Assembly: GCA_905331295.1 (NCBI GenBank)
Contig: CAJNYD010000214.1
Span: 62,001 to 126,000 of the forward strand
DNA length: 64,000 nucleotides
From: Rotaria socialis
Lineage: Eukaryota
Direction: 5' to 3'
The notes under the pieces are model-generated. The model searched no databases and was not told the origin of the DNA. It worked only from the letters and a program-made list of their open reading frames with translations. Positions 26,837-38,451 of this stretch are shown piece by piece. Position 1 is the stretch's first letter, and the number at the start of each line of letters is the position of its first letter. The position numbers were made by a program, and so were the translations under genes.

Positions 26837-28188
26837 CAGGGCTCCGCGTGGGACGGGATGGGACGAAAAAAATCGTCCCATGGGATCAGGGTGGCCAGAT
26901 CGAAAATGCAAAAATCAGAATTTTTCTTATAAAAATCAGAAAGCGACCAGAAATTGTTTTAGGAATGTCAGAAGTTTATCAGAAAGATCATCTTTTGTGA
27001 TATAGCGACTTCTGTATTAAGATGATGGCATTCAGTACTTCATTACATTTATTTTATTGACTAGTACTTCATTATCAAAGTTTCATCACTATAAAGATGA
27101 ATATTTATCAATGAATAACTAATCTTTACGGAAAAGTCTCTTTTTCCTTTATTTTTCGAGATGATGTTGAATTTGGTAATTAATGCGCTTCGCTTTATGT
27201 CTCTTCAAAATCAAATTCAACTATATTAATATCATCCATTAGATAATGTAGTTTTTATTTGTAGAATACTTCATAAGCGAGAATCTCGAAATCAAGAAAA
27301 GAAATTTATCAAATTCTAGTGCATTTTCTGTAGCTGAGGTTTCCTACATAAGTCAGAAATTATCATCGGATAATTGAGAAAAAACAATTTGACACAATAA
27401 ACATCTATGATAGTAATGTGTTATAATTAGACTTAAGTACACGTGAAAAACTGGGATGCGAAATATTTTCGAATTCGGAAAGAAGCCAAGAGAAAGTATT
27501 AAAATCAGGAATAATCAGAATATAGTACGACAATCAGAAGATCCGAAGAAATTCAGAAAGGACTTCGAATTTCATAATTTTTCCTTACTTTTCAGAAGAT
27601 CTGGCCACCCTGCATGCGACATCTCAATTATCATATATCCTATAACACGTTAAGTTTATCCGAATGCTCATCTAGCTAATAAAACTATGATGTCATATTA
27701 TCTTTTCACATGTTCACAATTTTATTATTATCAAGTTCACAATTCTTTTTTTACTTTCACCATCAGGAATACATCGCTCTATGAATAAATACAAAATAGT
27801 ACAAAATATGACAATATAGAGAAAAATAAAACGACCCAAAAAAATGAAAGTAGTGTTTTAAATAAAAAAAAACGACTCTAACAAAATAAATATTATTAAA
27901 AATATGGAAAAAATATTATTGTACATCATTGCACAAACTTCATATTTTCCATACACCGAATGAGTAGGATATTGGTGACTTGTTTTGAGTGCATAAATGA
28001 GTGCAACATCTATGTCACAGTAATTGTATATCGCAAAAGTTTGGTGCATTTATCAAGCCATTTTGTCTCCGGGAACGAGACAAAAATTTTTAGTACCATG
28101 GGATGGGATGTCAAAAAAACATTTCAGTCCCATTCAATTCCATGGTACACTTTCAAACGAGTCCCATTCCATCCCACGCGAAGCTCTG
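26837..28188. mobile_element. hAT-like MITE inserted in PIP5K coding sequence
   Basis: ~28-bp imperfect TIR cagggctccgcgtgggacgggatgggac / gtcccattccatcccacgcgaagctctg; 8-bp TSD atacctgg (26829..26836) / atacctag (28189..28196). Confidence 0.88.
26887..27612. mobile_element. Second hAT-like MITE nested in the first
   Basis: Perfect 15-bp TIR cagggtggccagatc / gatctggccaccctg; degenerate 8-bp TSD catgggat / catgcgac; subterminal aatcagaa repeats. Confidence 0.85.
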
Positions 28189-30591
28189 ATACCTAGTATT
28201 GGTAGAGTAGAACGTGCAATTGCATCATTATTAAAAAAATAAATCTTCATCAATCTTTTTATGAAGCATTTCCAATGGTTGTAGTAATGAAATCGGTACA
28301 TCTTTCAAATCAATTTGAGTATTTTATATTAAACGTTCTGAGTTATTTTCCTGTTTGCATAATAATGCAATAGTATTCATTGTATAACATAGTGCTGATA
28401 TACCAGCTGACGGTCGACATTGCATAAAATTATCTTGTGACACATCGATATGTGTTATGCCACGTATTACTGAATAATCGGTTATGTTCAGTTTTCTTAA
28501 AGCTCTAGCATCATTCGATATATCTCTATGTAATCGTTGATAGATATTCGATGGTATACGTATTCCGTGTGGATACAAATTTACAAAATCCAGATCTTTC
28601 AATTTATGTAATTTATCTAACGATAGAGTTCCTTCTAATTGTCTATTAATTGGCGAGCCTTTTAAATCAAATATTTCATTAATTTGTAATGATGGTGTAA
28701 ATGCTTTCAACATAACAGCAACATAAATTTCAATATTTGATACTAACGTGCCAAAACGTATAGAATATAAGCCAACTATACGACTAAATATTGTTGGGCG
28801 GTGTGTTAATTGTAAGTGATAACCAGCTAAAATTTGCATGAATAAACTTTTTGAAGTAACACAGTGCAGTTGAATAGAAGATTTCACGTATGATACAAAT
28901 CGTGAATCAAATGGGTTCCATAAATCAGTTCCATCTAATCCTTCAGTTATTTTCGTTGAGTCTATTTGAGCATTGTTACTAGTCATGTGTTTATTTTTAT
29001 CGATTGATTCTAGTAAATAAGTCATCGAACGTTTAAAAACGCTTGAATGAATCTTACAAAAAATTAAATAAGTAGAACCAGAAAATAAAAGTAACGATTC
29101 ATAGCGAAAGAAACAATGATGTGATAAAAACTGTCGCCACTGTTTTTTCTTCTATGTAATAATAGTTATTTGTTATTGATTTTTTATTTGATCGATTAAT
29201 AAGAAATTTATCTATAGGTTATTATTTTTCTATCGAGGACAACAAATTGTTTATTATGTTGCTTAGAATATATGATTGTAGAAATCGAAAGCAATATTTT
29301 ATGAAAAACTCTTGATCAACGGTGATTGATTGAAGTTATTGATAATATCAATGAATCGGTTAAAAACATTTTACTATTTTTTCTTATTCCAAAACAAAGA
29401 ACCCAATAGATAAAGACGCGTATATTCAAATATGAAATAGATATTCCAGATCCGGAACACGATATGAAAGTCTTTTTCGATTATTTAACAGATCCTAGAT
29501 GCATTGTGGGTGAAAAAATCGTCAAAGATTTTCATTGAACTTCGTCATGGAAACAATGAATTCGCATATATTAAAAGAGTAATAAATCTGAAGCGAAGAC
29601 CAAATAAGTGTACAGGGTTGAGATTTTGTGATTATCTCAAAAAAGAAAAAAAATAATGAAAGAGTCAAAGAAAACAGATTTACAGAAAAAAAGAAATATA
29701 ATTTTAGACTCAGTTCTAGATTCACTGGTATTCGCATCTTTTCAAAGGTTCGAAGTTTTACTAATGAGATCGACTTTTCATGTGCTACAATAAAAACAAA
29801 ATATCTTTATTTTTAATATAGCGTCGGAAAATACTTATCCTAATGAAATATTTTCTAATAATTAGAAAACACAAAACTTGACAAATTAAATGTTCTCGGC
29901 TTCAATTAAATTTTGCTTTTTAATGTTTTTAGGTGACACTCGGTGTTTTTTGACATAGAAAAATGCCTGTAAAAAATGTTTAATGAGTGCAATTATGACG
30001 GTGTTTCAGGAAAATCCAAAAAACACAGACACACACATTGTATCCTCTTCGTAATCCTATTATATTTATAATTAGCGAATCATTTATTAATATATATTAT
30101 CTTATTTCATTGTAGTCATGCATAGATCTATTGAAAAGCTACGTATAGAATTTCATTCCAAACAAACAAAAAAAAACTCTTTTGATTATTTGCAAAGAAA
30201 ACCAGAGACCGGAAATAATCAACTAATATCTTCCGGAAAATATACACAAGGGCTACGTTTATGCTTATGTCATATACTAAAATATTCTTTTTAAAAATAA
30301 CACTGATGATGCGAGCAATAGAAAACAGTGCTGTTTGATTATCATTATTCTATTAATTTTAGAATATTAGAATATTCCTAACGGCTTGTGTTGTACTAGC
30401 AATATGCTCTACTCATAAATGAATAATTATCTGGTTGTAATTGTGCAATTGAATAGTAATATTGTCGGAAGGAAATAATAGTATCGTCTGAAGATTTTTT
30501 TGAAAAGAAAAAAAGGTCTTTTACTATTTTCATATAGCAAAGAGACTAGAAGAAAAGTTCATGAATGGAATAATATTGGGTAAAACATAAG

Positions 30592-31194
30592 ATGACTGAA
30601 CCAACAGAGAAACTTTCTCTCGATAATGATTTACGTTATCGTTATGAATATTTGGCTGAATTCTTGAATTTTACAAACGACAATATAAAAATTCTTAATC
30701 AATTATCAATATATATTCAACCAATGATTCCTGTTATTGTCGATGAAGTTTATCGAAAATTATTTTCATTCGATATAACAAAACAATACTTTTTCCCTGA
30801 TGCTTCTCATTCCTGTTTTGGGAATTTATTTTCATCAACAAAGCATTCAAGCGTATCATTCGATGGCGACGATATTGAATTTCGAAGAAATATGTTAAGT
30901 AAATATTTAAACAAGATTCTTACGGAGCAAGAATGGGATGATTCATTTTTACGATATTTATCTTGTGTTGGACAAGTACATACACATGAAATGGGGACGC
31001 CAACGATTCATGTTGATTATATGCATATCAGTGCTTTGATTGGTTTTCTCGAACATATTATTATTGATATAATATTGAAAATAACTAATATTGATTGTCA
31101 AACAAAATACAGAGCAGTTGCAGCTATGAATAAATTCTTTTGGATTCAGAATCAATTTTTAAGAATGCACTACAAAGAAGAAGAGAAACGATGA
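30592..31194 (+). CDS. Protoglobin/globin-sensor-type single-domain globin, copy 1
   Basis: DLRYRYEYLAEFLNFT, VDEVYRKLFSFDITK, YLSCVGQVH (proximal His), VDYMHI, NKFFWIQN match the recalled fungal/bacterial protoglobin-family pattern; uninterrupted ORF. Confidence 0.88.
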   Translation: MTEPTEKLSLDNDLRYRYEYLAEFLNFTNDNIKILNQLSIYIQPMIPVIVDEVYRKLFSFDITKQYFFPDASHSCFGNLFSSTKHSSVSFDGDDIEFRRNMLSKYLNKILTEQEWDDSFLRYLSCVGQVHTHEMGTPTIHVDYMHISALIGFLEHIIIDIILKITNIDCQTKYRAVAAMNKFFWIQNQFLRMHYKEEEKR

Positions 31195-33107
31195 AAATAA
31201 CTATTATTTTTTGTATATATTAATTCGTTTGTTTCTTTTTGTATATATATATATATATATGAATGTATATCGTCTATTTAATATTGTATTATGATTCAAT
31301 ATTCTATTCATATAATATCATGTTGGACTGTAGAAAATTCTATTCTTATATTATCATGCTGTTTCTTTATTTAGTAAGTGAGTTTATCAAAGAGAAAACT
31401 TTCTAATAATAAATCGATGATATTAACTCAGGTAAATGAATTATCTTTGAGAAGAATACCATTTGGGGATTTCATGTAAATATTTTTACTTGAATAATAC
31501 TTTAGATTTACCTAGAAAACCTGTCGTGGTATTAATTTTACAGGCGTCACAAGAAGATAGGGATTAAAACGCATTTTTATCCAATCAGAGCAAAAAAATA
31601 AACTACAGGATGGTAAAAATATTATTTTTAGATTCCCTGTCGATTTTAATACACTCATTATTCAAGTCAGCATCAAGGAAATAAAAACAAAAGAATTGAA
31701 TTCATTGTAAAATTATTTGAATCACTCTATTCTTATTACTGCATAGAAATAATGAAGACTCGTTTGAGATCAGTAATACATATATTTCAGCCGCTATGTA
31801 ATAATTATTGCACAAACAAAAAAAGTCATATTTTTAATATTAGATACTATCGCCTGTAAAAGAGTTTAATATCCAATGCAAAACAAAAATAATATGTATA
31901 CAAACAGAAAAATATCTGCCTTACATCGTCATGAACTATCGGATTTCATGGAAAGGGTCATATCATCAATGGCAGACATTCTATCTTTATATTCCTACGC
32001 AACGAACACAGAGGAAAAGTATCTCATTGTTCTCAAAAATAAAATAAAATGCTAAATGAAGAAAACAAATCCATTTTAAAAGAAAATGATATGGATGTCA
32101 TGATTATTATGAGAAAAACTATTCAATGGAAAAAAAGATGAGTGTTGTGTTAAGATGTATCTATTGTTTATTGCTTCGAATTGATTATCTCTAAGACTAA
32201 AAGCACATGTTTCCCTAGAAAATTGCGTGTTCACCGTTAATTATTGTAATAGGACTGGCGAACTTATATCATGGTAATGATTTTAATTTTAGAAATGAGA
32301 AATGGTCAATTGTTCATGCAAAAGTAATCAATGAATGTCGAAGCATAATTATATTTCAATAAAAAATGTTTTGAAATTCAGTATCAATCTAAAGATAGTC
32401 TATAAAAAGTGTAGATCAAGCGCATCCGTTAGCTGCAGTAGATTTAATATCTTTTTCCTCAGAAGATATTTTTATTTTGTATGCTGATTTTGTGGACTCA
32501 CATATATTTTCGAAGGAAATGGCGAATGTAAGTTTAAAAGCGAGATTTTTGTAGCTCCCCATCCGTCCTCATTACAGACATTAATGAGTTTAAAATTGTG
32601 CTAATTAGGAGCGTGACTAATTAAGCTGCTATTTCTTCCTTTTTTTAATTACAGGCTACACAAAAAAAAGCAATGTTTGCCCATTACAGACCATAGAAAT
32701 TAGTCTCTGCCATTGTTAAATATACGAGCTAACAATTAATACTCCATTACAGACATAAGCAAATAGGCAATGACCTAATTATAGGTTTTGGAAACCAGGG
32801 TAGATTTTTCAGATGAACTATTTTGAATTATTTTAGTAAGCCGAAGGGATATATGTGAGTTCCACATTTTAACCCCAGAGGGGCTGCGCTAACAAGCTTT
32901 TTTTTTATCATCATCTTAATTATTAAGAATAGTATTCATATTTCTAAATCAAACCACTGATAAGAATGAAATTTCAAATAGCTTGACGCAAAAATATAAT
33001 GAATGAATTGTTGTTCTACATAAATTTAATGAAGTCAGATTGAAATAGGTTGAAAAATGAAGGTTAAACTTATTTTCTTAGGTCATTTTAGTAATAACCG
33101 ACGCGTG

Positions 33108-33635
33108 TACGGCTTGTCCACGCAACGCGCTACTTCGCTAATCAAGTTTTAAAAATTTTATTTTTCGATACAGACAGATCTAAGCGTATTTTCTGGTATA
33201 GTTTTTTACACTGATTGTGAATTTGTACATTTTTTCTTTAAAAAAATGGGTTTTGGCATCGAAAATTTGTTTTTAAAGTTTTGAAAAACTGTATTTTCAA
33301 TTTTCTAACCAATAAATTTAAAACAAACATGCAGAGTAATATACCATTCGATGCCGAATTTGATTCTCTACAAAATGGCCTATTAAGATTTTACTCTCAT
33401 TCCTCAGGACAACTTCTAAGCTCTTGTACAGTTTCTAACTTACTATATAATTATTGAGCTCGTATTTCGATGTAGCAAATTGATTTTTTTTACAGAAGGA
33501 TATATACAGGGCACTGATCAATACGTATAAACATTAAATTTTTTTAAGCATTTTAAGTGCTTCAAATTTGATCGACAAAAAAGCGGGTCACAGTGTTACG
33601 GAAAATATCACAGCGTTACGTTTGGACAAGCCGTG
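33108..33635. mobile_element. Degenerate MITE with ~20-bp TIRs
   Basis: tacggcttgtccacgcaacgc versus gcgttacgtttggacaagccgtg; TSD not clear. Confidence 0.55.
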
Positions 33636-34452
33636 TACATAAATGTACCAAGTGTCAAAATTAGATATGTACGTCTGCTAAGAAATAATAGCATATCAAA
33701 TTCACTTAACTTTCTATTTGAAAAATCGAATTTCCACATAGGAATTTAATGATTTGATTTTTAGTATTATATTTTACTCGGAAATTTTTCCTTCGGGAAT
33801 TTCCAGTGAAAAACATAAAATATGATAAATTGAATAATTCTTTTATATAAAAGGAAATGACTACATATAGTCTTCAGTTTGCCCAGAGACTATATCTTTT
33901 GCAATAACGCATTCAAGATGAGGACGTGAATTATTAGACTACAGGTAAATTTCGAATATCAGTAATCAGATGATTTGAAAACGTATTCGAGGATTAAAAC
34001 AAATGAAATATATTACATAAAATGTTTCATTAATTGCTTTAGCGTATCATAGATTCAATTTTAATTAGGATGCGAGTACGTCGAAGTATTGCCATAATTA
34101 ATAAACTTTTATAAATTCCCAAAGAATAAATGCGCTTCGTTAGTCTCTTTAATCTAAACAATGAAATGAAAAATCAAAATATGTATGTGCCTTGTAATTG
34201 CAAGTAGGGTTGGTACGTTTACGCACTAAAAGCGTTAATTAACTCGCATTAAATTAAATGGCCCATCCCTAACTACAAGACACGTTATGAAATCAAAATA
34301 GCATTCGAACAAACAGTATCGCAAAGAACAGCAACATCACAAGAGAGAAAATTATTATATCAAGTCGACCATGTAATCTTTTGGGTAAAATTGCAAAGTA
34401 AATTCTAAGCATTTATGGAAGTAAAACTAATAGATGTATATTCATTATTTAA

Positions 34453-34534
34453 CCCTTTCCGGCCCGCTGTTTGAAAATTGCCGTACCCCCCTAGGGGAAA
34501 ATGTTGCCATATGGCAACACCGGGCCGGAAAGGG
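34453..34534. mobile_element. 82-bp piggyBac-like mini-MITE, solo copy A
   Basis: TTAA TSD on both sides; 14-bp TIR ccctttccggcccg / cgggccggaaaggg; near-identical copies at 43772 and 46761. Confidence 0.9.
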
Positions 34535-36505
34535 TTAAAAAGAAGAAAAAAATCTCCTAGGAGATGTTACTATTTTGGAAATCCTCATCGTTCATATTTC
34601 ATTAGCGCTGCGTTTTCAGGCATTACAAAACGTAGATTACTCGGTAAGTCACACAGTTTTATTTTTAGCCAAGGTTAAAATTTATTCTTTTTTCTTGAGA
34701 ATTATGTACTGATTCATTTACACATTTTTCAGTCACATAAATAGCATTGTGGTATTTAAAAAAGAGTTATTGTAGCTTTGAGGAGTTAGTTATCCTAGAA
34801 AAAGTAGAAATATATCGGAAGCTTCGGTACTTCATCGACTAATTCCTACTGATTAGGATCATTAATAAATCCGTATAAACGCTTTCGATTTAATTCCAAA
34901 TTATCCAGGTTTCCATTCATACATGTGATTTCTGCCTCCTAATCTGTGCTTATAGATTAGAAACTAAAACAAAAAATGAACGATGGTAGTATTTTTTTGT
35001 GTCCGGCGATTCAAACATTAGAATATTATTTTTTCGCGGTCTAAATCTTTTATTTAGTAAAGCTTGAAAAAAATGATTCTTGTGCTGTATTTATTTATTA
35101 CATTTCTAAATTTAACACATACGCACAAAGACGACAATTATTGTCATAGTGAATAGAAACTTTCATATGGGGAAAACATACAATTATATTGAAATTAATC
35201 TTAATCTTAGCGATAAAACTGTTAATTTGACACGACAGAAAAAAGAATGTATCCTTGTTTGCTATATGGTAAGTCGTCCTCGGGTGTGTAGCGTCAGATT
35301 ATTATAAAGTTTTCAAAAAATATTATAATATTCATTTTGAGATTAATCCTGATATATTGATATTACCGTTGAATAAATTACTTTCTTTAATGTAATACAT
35401 AAACTGTTCTTGATTGAAGTTCGAAGAAACTTTACTCTCGAAATGGTTACACTCGAACAAAATTGTACGATTTTCGACAGATGATATCGGAGATGCCAAA
35501 TAGAGCTATTTCCTTTGTGATAATTTTCGAGTAGGTATAGTCACCAATAATATTGATATTCATGTTTTTGAGAAATATTTATTTAGTGTAAAAATTAAAT
35601 TAATAACTAATTCTAACCAACAAAGATACTGACGGCTGGGGCTTAATTTTCAAATACATTTTAAAGTCTTTAAGCTTATATTTTAAAGTAGGGATGCTAA
35701 TCTGACACTGATAAATGAATGTCACTCAGAAAAATAGACAATAAAATTATTACCGAAAAGTTCATCAGTATTATCATGCAAAATCATAGTTACTTATTCT
35801 AAAAAAACTACTCTTTGATCAAACTATCAAGACTTAATGTAATGGTTTTATTTAGTTTTTTTTTTCTTGAGATTTTCAAATGTTTAAGAACATTCGACAA
35901 GAAATTAAACAATAGTAGAATAATAATCTATGAGTGAATTAAAATTTAAAACTAACGATTATGGTATCTTGTGAGCTATATAATATTCTGATTATGATCC
36001 TGATGCACAGATCCATTTTTATTTACTGTAAGGTAAAAAACGGTGTATAATTGTTTTTCGGCTTGATCTATGAGTTCGTTATGAAACTAATTAGAATTGA
36101 CTTTTTTTCCAGTGAGGTATGTCTTAATTATTCACGAAGTCACGCAGCTAAATCATACTTTCATAATGGTTTCAATTTTTTTTTGTGCATTTTCATCACA
36201 GAACAGCGTCTTCCTCTGTCATTATTTGTTTAAGTGTTCATCGAGGAATGTTCTGAAGACGCCACTAAATTTGCTAGTGAATTTATTCAAGCAGTTCTCT
36301 ATAGAAAGATGCCGAGCTTTCACGTGTCGATTTCCCCTACATTATATGATTGAACTAGCAAATACCATAATAGTCAAATAAAAGAAAAGCATCACTCCAC
36401 AAAGTGATTTACTTGACAATCTTTTTGAAGAAACAAATAATTTATTTAAAAAAAATCTATTTTTTTCTCCTACTGACAGGAAGATTTAGTCTGGAATAAA
36501 TTAGA

Positions 36506-37090
36506 ATGGCTGAACACATTGATAAAAGTCGTCTCAACATCGATCTTCGATATCATTATGATTATATAGCCAAATTTCTTAATTTTACAAAGGATGATAT
36601 CCATACAATGAACACATTAGCTCCAATTTTATTTCCCTATATTCCACATATTGCTGAAATAGCCTACGCAAAATTATGTTCATTCGATGTAACAAAACGG
36701 TGTTTTCCTGTGTCTAGTGATGAAGATACCAATGATTCGTCACTAGACAGCGAATCCGTATTTACACCTATATGTTCCGAAACAGATGTTTTCAGAGATA
36801 TATTTAGTATTTATTTAAAACGTATATTAATACAAAATGAATGGAACGATACATTTATAAAATATTTGTCGGAAATGGGAGAATTATATGGAGGTAAAAA
36901 TTATTGCAAAGTAGTCAATATTGACTATATACATTTGAATGCATTGATCGGCTGTATTGAAAATATAATGATTGAAACGATTTTAAAGCTGGAAAATTTT
37001 GATTTAAAAAAGAAACGTGCTGGTGTACGAGCATTAAACAAATTTTTTTGGATTCAAAGCAATCTTTTGACGATTCATTATAGCAGTTAA
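36506..37090 (+). CDS. Protoglobin-type globin, copy 2 (divergent; proximal His replaced by Tyr)
   Basis: Colinear with the other copies (MAEHID..DLRY, SFDVTK, IDYIHLNAL, NKFFWIQ), but has GELY where they have G-x-x-H. Confidence 0.85.
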   Translation: MAEHIDKSRLNIDLRYHYDYIAKFLNFTKDDIHTMNTLAPILFPYIPHIAEIAYAKLCSFDVTKRCFPVSSDEDTNDSSLDSESVFTPICSETDVFRDIFSIYLKRILIQNEWNDTFIKYLSEMGELYGGKNYCKVVNIDYIHLNALIGCIENIMIETILKLENFDLKKKRAGVRALNKFFWIQSNLLTIHYSS

Positions 37091-37354
37091 TTAAACGAAA
37101 ATACAATATCTAATGGATTTTCAAGAAAAAACTGAATTTACTAACAACTCCACTTTTACTTCAGTCCAATTCAATAAAAACAATAACTATTCTCAATAAT
37201 GCTACATTTTATTATTTGCATCTATAGACTAAGAAAATATTGATCCTGCTTTAAAAACATTCTGAACTATAGGATGCAATCATCATTCTAGACATAGTCA
37301 AAATAAAATAAATAAAAATATTCGATTATATATTCTTGACTATATGAGAAATAA

Positions 37355-37895
37355 TTAATGCGGTGCGAAGCACAGTATTCATGTAGTCCGTCGCCAGTTA
37401 ACTTGTGTTTTCTTTTACTTTATCGACGTACGCATTACAGTTTATCATTTTATATCTTGATGATCTCGAGAAGTAAAAGTCATAGAAAAGTCATTCAAAT
37501 GTGAAATCAAAGTATCAAGATCGAACTTCTTACCTCTGTTTTCGAATCTTCAATCTGAAGTTCCATTCGCTCACAAATATCGTTCTAAAATGACGAAAAT
37601 GAACGAAATTTGTCGTGAGATAATTAAAACGACGTCATCAACATATGTTAGCCAAATAAAGTCTATTCATTTACAGCTGATCTTAGATAATGAATCGTGG
37701 AGATAATTAATCGATCAATCGAATTTCTCCTTAAGAATATATTGCTAAGTAAGAATAGAGTTTTCTCAGTGATGAATTTCATTATGTCTACATAAAAATT
37801 ATTCAAGATTTCTCTGAATTGAAGATTTTTCGTAGATCTAGATTCCTGCTTCGCATCGCATCTCGTACACGAGTGAAACTCGAATACCATCTAGT
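37355..37895 (+). mobile_element. Non-autonomous Helentron/HINE-like element, diverged copy 1
   Basis: 5' hairpin/subTIR atgcggtgcgaagcacagtat; 3' subTIR gcttcgcatcgcat, hairpin cgagtgaaactcg and terminal CTAGT followed by a T-run. Confidence 0.75.
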
Positions 37896-37900
37896 TTTTT

Positions 37901-38451
37901 ACTTGACGCGTGTGCATCAAAATAGTCATTTTGCTGCGCGATGATCTCGAGAACCAAAAATCATAGAAAAGTTATTCGAACTAGAGGTGAAAGTATGAAT
38001 ATTGAACTTGTGATATTTGTTTTCAAAATTTTAATACGATGTTCTGTTTGCTCAGAAATATCCTCCCAAAATGACGATTTAGAAAGCTTTCACGATAATT
38101 AAGATGACGTCATCCATAGTTGTTAACCAATAGTCTATTGCTTTACATCTGATTCAAGATAATGATTCATGAAAATCATTAATCGTTCAATGAAAAGAAT
38201 CGTTAGAAAATTGGTTGTTACATTTTCAGAGAGATCTCCTAGTGATGAATTTCAAAATGGTCGATTTAAGAATAGTGAATGCGAAATTTTTATTCAGAAT
38301 TCGTATGCAGAAATTTAAAAAAAAATCGATTCTAATGAATCCTAAAGTTGATCATTTATTTTTTAAATCTTATTCTCGCTACTTTCGAAAATTCGGCTTG
38401 TGTGCTTCGCACCGCATTTCGTAGTCGAGTGAAACTCGAATACCATCTAGT
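37901..38451 (+). mobile_element. Non-autonomous Helentron/HINE-like element, copy 2 (5'-truncated, in tandem with copy 1)
   Basis: Near-identical to 58378..58927; ends gtgcttcgcaccgcat...tcgagtgaaactcga-ataccatctagt. Confidence 0.8.

Larger units (their letters stand above)
26579..29025 (-). pseudogene. PIP5K1: Phosphatidylinositol-phosphate 5-kinase (PIP5K1-like) pseudogene
   Basis: Motifs FSRIVGLY, FDLKGS, KLKDLDF, ITDYSV, LYFAIIDMLQEY, SVIEPDEYEKRFLNFI. Lesions: in-frame TAA at 28326..28324, a +1 frameshift in the A7 run at 28233..28239, a 1.35-kb TE insertion in coding sequence, and no G-loop/IKT N-lobe segment. Confidence 0.85.

Noticed and set aside
26837..26911. Apparent start MHFRSGHPDPMG of ORF 26579..26911
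   Set aside because: Derived from the two nested MITE termini, not from PIP5K.
32560..32770. Repeated cattacagac motif
   Set aside because: Probably subterminal repeats of an eroded MITE; no termini or TSD could be defined.
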